A stretch of 64,000 bases of DNA from Aplysia californica (taxonomy: Eukaryota), in assembly GCF_000002075.1 (NCBI RefSeq), contig NW_004797416.1, positions 624,027 through 688,026 of the forward strand. The letters run 5' to 3'. The position numbers and the translations under genes are program-made. Shown here piece after piece: positions 61,525-64,000 of the stretch (the stretch's first letter is position 1; each line of letters starts with the position of its first letter). The notes below the pieces were generated by a model. The model did not search any database, had not been told where the DNA came from, and was given only the letters and a program-made list of their open reading frames with translations.

Positions 61525-62679
61525 GACTTGTGGTTCTCTTCTTCTGTTGCTGTCCTATTGAAGCAGACAGGCATAATTAAGTTGCCTCATTAGTGAAGAG
61601 ACAGGGTAGAATAATGATATAAGAAAATCATTCGAGACTAGTAATAGCATCAGAGCAAGCAATGTTCCCTCATCCACCTTCCCCAATCCTAAGATCCAAA
61701 GATTATCGTGGCAAAAAAAAAACATTTTAAAAAATCAACAGCTTAAGAGAACACAAGGGAAAAACCAGATATGTCCTAAATTAGAACATTCATCTGCAAC
61801 AATAAAACGCCTAAAAATTACAACAGGCAAACGGTGAGAGTGAAAAGGCCGCTATCAGTTAGTTGTAAGTGTAAGAATATGGGTTTAACCATCTCCTTTT
61901 TGGGGGTCTTGGTAAGCCTTTTACGGCGCTCGAAACTGCAAGGTCATATGAACGTTCGGAGAACATTATACATTTTCAGTTTAATAAGAAATAATTTTGA
62001 ATTTTTGCCCGGATGGTGGCCGAAGCCTACTCTTATCGATTTTAGGACCACCAAGGAATCTTTAATGTTCTCAACTAGCACACAGAACCTCCGAGATATT
62101 TTGCCCTTATCCGAGAAGGCTAGGTATTATATCTTACCTACCCTAAGATCGGGGGTGTGGCTGAAAGACAGCAGTAAGAATTAGCCCAAGAGTAGAAGTT
62201 GAAAGGCTGCAGAAAGAGTCAGGCGCTCAGAGGAGGTGATAAAAAAAGGAGGGGGGGGGGGCAGAAAGTGGAAACGAAAGAGGACGACAGAACATGGTTA
62301 GTGAGCAGGAAAGAAGGTGAAAGGAGAAAGCTTCAGAAAATGCTCTGTCACTCTCAGATTTCGAACCCGGAACCTATTGAATGAGAGGCGAACATCGTAA
62401 CCTCTAGACGACGAGAGCCCCTCCGTCAATCTCTGATGGCACCGCTGTTTACCGTGAGACAAAGCAAAAACTACTTACCTCTCTCATCAAAGGTGTAGCA
62501 CTTCGCATCTGGACCAGCTGCGCCAAGCTCCATAAACAGCAGAGACGACATGGGGTTGCAGTGCAGTTGGCAACCAGCCACAATAGCGCTGTCGATAATG
62601 CCCAAGCGCATGTCCTTCATAGCAGCCTCTATGGCAGCCAGATATCCGGAGCAAGCTGTATCTACACAGACACTGGGAC
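24305..62679 (-). CDS. Gene A: FAS-like iterative type I polyketide synthase (KS-AT-DH-pseudoMT-ER0-KR-ACP, no TE), 40 exons visible, 5'-partial
   Basis: Hand-spliced join of 40 GT-AG exons (listed separately) with matching phases, 6347 nt, no internal stop. Motifs: DTACS, HGTGT, KTNIGH, GHSLG, AFHS, GHQLNGVKLFP, FLDCFLQ, GGLGGFG, QTNY, LGLDSL. Exons equivalent to gene B exons 1-4 would lie beyond 64000. Confidence 0.93.
24973..25137 (-). CDS. Gene A exon, ACP (LGLDSLMGVE)
   Basis: Phosphopantetheine Ser motif; donor G|gtgaga. Confidence 0.95.
25618..25803 (-). CDS. Gene A exon, KR end / ACP start (QKIDSCL..MDTFL)
   Basis: FAS-like Q...SCL..D.FL. Confidence 0.92.
26502..26720 (+). mobile_element. 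tRNA-derived SINE, truncated, with terminal inverted segment
   Basis: B box GGGTTCGAGTCTC, core CCCAGCAGTAATGGGTACC. Confidence 0.75.
27164..27262 (-). CDS. Gene A exon, KR (AIQWGAVGDVG)
   Basis: KR motif. Confidence 0.94.
28091..28337 (-). CDS. Gene A exon, KR catalytic residues (VLHD, SK, FSS, QTNYGFGN)
   Basis: KR motifs. Confidence 0.95.
28741..28912 (-). CDS. Gene A exon, KR (GYQ...GPVGGIF)
   Basis: KR motifs. Confidence 0.94.
29562..29743 (-). CDS. Gene A exon, KR NADPH loop (YILCGGLGGFGLEL)
   Basis: Intact Rossmann motif. Confidence 0.95.
29880..30075. repeat. ~32 bp degenerate minisatellite
   Basis: Repeated cttaaaacactcaaaa.ctcattg units. Confidence 0.65.
30554..30774 (-). CDS. 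Gene A exon, ER end (GVIKP...GKVVIE)
   Basis: ER motif. Confidence 0.92.
31239..31367 (-). CDS. Gene A exon, ER (GVDVVLS...VEMGR)
   Basis: ER motif. Confidence 0.92.
31985..32159 (-). CDS. Gene A exon, ER (AAI..ALS.G..VFTTV)
   Basis: ER motif. Confidence 0.93.
33296..33481 (-). CDS. Gene A exon, ER (AASVP...LIHSGATAMGT)
   Basis: ER motif with degenerate nucleotide-binding loop. Confidence 0.93.
33948..34063 (-). CDS. Gene A exon, ER (GYEFVG...RVIGL)
   Basis: ER motif. Confidence 0.92.
34982..35176 (-). CDS. Gene A exon, ER start (GDPSSARW...VYYSALNDRD)
   Basis: ER motifs. Confidence 0.92.
35496..35679 (-). CDS. Gene A exon, pseudo-KR (CLRKEPGG...NVFRDGRWG)
   Basis: Strong FAS motifs. 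Confidence 0.94.
36281..36463. mobile_element. TA-flanked MITE family with CAGTCGAA termini (copies ~8937-9113, 24765-24935, 41783-41949, 57606-57778)
   Basis: tacagtcgaa...ttcgactgta-like terminal inverted repeats and internal CACCTGTCCAAGAC repeats shared among five copies. Confidence 0.7.
36746..37010 (-). CDS. Gene A exon, pseudo-KR (WL...RLWLV...SGIFGFV)
   Basis: FAS pseudo-KR motifs. Confidence 0.92.
37254..37432 (-). CDS. Gene A exon, pseudo-MT (PGGFILVQE)
   Basis: MT-fold motif. Confidence 0.92.
37936..38119 (-). CDS. Gene A exon, pseudo-MT (YTATD...WDP...NVLH)
   Basis: FAS pseudo-MT motifs. Confidence 0.9.
38510..38681 (-). CDS. Gene A exon, pseudo-MT (DRLL...VLEVDAASS)
   Basis: Degenerate SAM motif I. 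Confidence 0.88.
39133..39283 (-). CDS. Gene A exon, pseudo-MT N-part (SGLAKTL)
   Basis: GT-AG, phase fit. Confidence 0.8.
40360..40504 (-). CDS. Gene A exon (FVPY...QYATDC)
   Basis: Completes the FAS-like LE...FVPY motif. Confidence 0.85.
40553..40915 (-). mobile_element. tRNA-derived SINE, family 1, full length
   Basis: About 11 differences over ~333 bp from the 11.1 kb copy (hand count). Confidence 0.9.
42130..42325 (-). CDS. Gene A exon, DH end/linker (...PLLEEIR)
   Basis: Open frame; acceptor chosen by phase fit, so the 5' boundary is less certain and N gaps lie upstream. Confidence 0.7.
43264..43434 (-). CDS. Gene A exon, DH catalytic Asp (WIAFLDCFLQ)
   Basis: DxxxQ motif. Confidence 0.92.
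44184..44310 (-). CDS. Gene A exon, DH (EIYLTLLHRGLDYAGPFRGI)
   Basis: Y..L..RG.DY...F.GI motif. Confidence 0.92.
44742..44960 (+). mobile_element. tRNA-derived SINE, family 2 (other copies ~49372-49560, 50468-50650, 51712-51935; reverse partial tandem 20745-20900)
   Basis: B box GAGTTCGATTCCC; shared body TATCCCTCTCAG and tail GGCGTAAAAYACCTACATTTAAA. Confidence 0.7.
45152..45297 (-). CDS. Gene A exon, DH (GEFEVTENNELVANGKI)
   Basis: FAS-like FEV.E...LV..G; aag acceptor. Confidence 0.88.
46609..46756 (-). CDS. Gene A exon, DH (LNGVKLFPGTGYL)
   Basis: Completes HxxxGxxxxP. Confidence 0.94.
47412..47514 (-). CDS. Gene A exon, DH start with catalytic His (YIFGHQ)
   Basis: GT-AG, phase fit. 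Confidence 0.9.
47655..48003. repeat. Five degenerate tandem copies of a gene A exon donor region
   Basis: Repeated tacctgaacacctccatgtgactccactgt. Confidence 0.85.
47977..48105 (-). CDS. Gene A exon, post-AT linker (FPVPPKTPLISPL..WSH)
   Basis: FAS-like TPLISP...W.H. Confidence 0.92.
48598..48749 (-). CDS. Gene A exon, AT end (EIAPHGLLQ)
   Basis: FAS EIAPH motif. Confidence 0.93.
49580..49729 (-). CDS. Gene A exon, AT (RSPKWLSS...NGVNF)
   Basis: FAS-like RS..W.SS motif. Confidence 0.9.
50193..50422 (-). CDS. Gene A exon, AT (ACHNAEDSVTVSG...TAFHS)
   Basis: AT motifs. Confidence 0.95.
50874..50956. repeat. (TA)n microsatellite
   Basis: Direct observation. Confidence 0.95.
50973..51162 (-). 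CDS. Gene A exon, AT catalytic Ser (GHSLGEVAAGYADG)
   Basis: Active-site motif. Confidence 0.95.
51958..52065 (-). CDS. Gene A exon, AT (ILKRNHNVDL...IPVIQ)
   Basis: GT-AG, phase 0-0. Confidence 0.88.
53132..53251 (-). CDS. Gene A exon, AT start (RPIVFACTGMGCQW)
   Basis: AT motif. Confidence 0.93.
53989..54070. repeat. (CA)n microsatellite
   Basis: Direct observation. Confidence 0.95.
54345..54780. mobile_element. MITE-like element with imperfect TIRs
   Basis: cagtcaaaaaagtgtccgca ... tgaggacactttttttaattg; absent from the equivalent gene B intron position. Confidence 0.55.
54826..54956 (-). CDS. Gene A exon, linker (MPYRGFTVLN)
   Basis: GT-AG, paralog match. Confidence 0.92.
56525..57265. 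mobile_element. TTAA-flanked non-autonomous DNA transposon-like element
   Basis: ttaa+G-run at the left end, C-run+ttaa at the right end; no ORF. Confidence 0.4.
57437..57540 (-). CDS. Gene A exon, KS-AT linker
   Basis: [13 protein letters not shown]; paralog match. Confidence 0.92.
58151..58355 (-). CDS. Gene A exon, KS end ([12 protein letters not shown])
   Basis: GT-AG, paralog match. Confidence 0.94.
59199..59352 (-). CDS. Gene A exon, KS His residues (HGTGT, KTNIGH)
   Basis: Catalytic motifs. Confidence 0.95.
60276..60355 (-). CDS. Gene A exon, KS (DFNHPSIFGQ)
   Basis: GT-AG, paralog match. Confidence 0.92.
60872..60997 (-). CDS. Gene A exon, KS ([11 protein letters not shown])
   Basis: GT-AG, paralog match. 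Confidence 0.93.
62479..62679 (-). CDS. Gene A exon, KS catalytic Cys ([12 protein letters not shown])
   Basis: Active-site motif; tag|GT...G|gtaagt. Confidence 0.95.
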
Positions 62680-62870
62680 CTAAAAGATGCGGCGGAGGGA
62701 GAGATGAGAGGGATGATACTGTTTAATTCTGTAATAATAAGTTATTAGTTCGGGGATCACCCGAGTAAGGTGCACCATAAAAACTTACTAACTGAATGCA
62801 ACCATTTTACTACATCACAACAAAGACAGAAAACAAAATTGGGCGAAATAAAGAATTGGAACAGAAGGGG

Positions 62871-63090
62871 ATAATAATAATAATAATTATTATTATTATT
62901 ATTATTATTAATATTATTATTATTATTATTATAATGATGATGTTGATTATATTAATAATAATAATAATAGTAATGATAAAATGATAATGATAATGATAAT
63001 AATATAAATACAAATGTTAGTATTATTACTATCATTATCATTTTCTAATCAATATTATGATAATATTATTATTACTGTTATTATTATTAC
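62871..63090. repeat. (AAT/ATT)n low-complexity tract
   Basis: Direct observation. Confidence 0.9.
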
Positions 63091-63364
63091 TAGTAATTAA
63101 AGTTCCCGTTCTACGAACGTGAATAATAATGAAGAATTATTTGGAAAGTTAAGAAGATGAAAAAGACTGAAAACAGGAAAGAAACAAAGCATTTAATATT
63201 TTACCTTGAATTTATCCATGTAGCACCCCCTCTTGACTACCTCTAGGTGTAAGACTTCTTCTCCCTCTTCGAAGGCGTGGCATTTTCTACAAAAGTTCCA
63301 GCTCAATCACTTTTTTTTATTTAAGAGTTAGGCCTACATGCCAATTGTTGCTTCCTAGAAGAAC

Positions 63365-63860
63365 CTAATCTAGATTCTAGGTCTAGCCTAGATCTCGAAG
63401 GATTATAAAGACATAGGCCAATAAGAGAAGGAAAGAGTCTTGGCACTTAGATAGATCTAAGTTTAGAAATTCACATTTTTAACAACCGACAGGCGTCACA
63501 GATGGCCTAGATTTCTAAACCTATTCACAGTAGGAAAAACCCACTTTCAAGAATACTTTCATGATTCTTGATCTCGATCTAGATTCACCTACAGCCTAGT
63601 TCTATACTCTAGATTTATTCACAGCAGGAAAAAATCCACGTTCAATACTTTCATCATTCTTGATCTCGATCTAAGATTCACATAGATCTAGCCTAGATCT
63701 AGATCTTAGAATCTATAATGCTCAGCTAGAAAAATCCACTTTCAATATTCAATAGGTTACCGAAATATCACAGATCTAGATTATACTTTCATTTTGTGGT
63801 TTTTCTTGATCTCGATTTATCTCGATACATTAAGTAGGCCTACGGTAAGCTAGACTACTC
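63365..63860. repeat. Degenerate tandem repeat rich in CTAGATCTAG
   Basis: Repeated ttcacag.aggaaaaa.ccactttcaa...cttgatctcgatct. Confidence 0.65.
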
Positions 63861-63923
63861 TTTGCGCTTTCGACGACACCCTCCCTGTCACTCACCACCC
63901 TCCCTCTGGTAGTGCTTTCTGAC

Positions 63924-64000
<77 letters not shown>

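Noticed and set aside
24305-62679. Calling gene A canonical FASN
   Set aside because: No TE, degenerate ER and divergent KS motifs, so the gene symbol is withheld pending phylogeny.

Overview
Repeat-rich, gapped, intron-rich animal genomic DNA. The microsatellite and SINE content suggests a mollusc or gastropod, but this is not proven. The window holds two head-to-tail, minus-strand paralogous genes for animal fatty-acid-synthase-like type I polyketide synthases (AFPK-type). Gene A: I traced 40 coding exons from 62679 down to a stop at 24305. All have GT-AG boundaries and consistent phases, totalling 6347 nt; its 5' exons lie beyond the window end. Its domain order is KS-AT-DH-pseudoMT-ER(degenerate)-KR-ACP, and it stops about 7 residues after the ACP with no thioesterase. 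Gene B: ATG at 13332, 12 coding exons to 3028 (KS plus start of AT), with a candidate TATA/CCAAT/E-box promoter at about 18.6 kb. Catalytic residues of KS, AT, DH, KR and ACP are intact, the ER NADPH motif is destroyed (HSGATAMG), and both KS domains have a gate Phe-to-Ile change. This predicts polyene or pyrone-type polyketide synthesis rather than fatty-acid synthesis. Introns carry tRNA-derived SINEs, MITEs, LINE fragments, microsatellites and several tandem repeats copied from the genes' own exon-intron boundaries.
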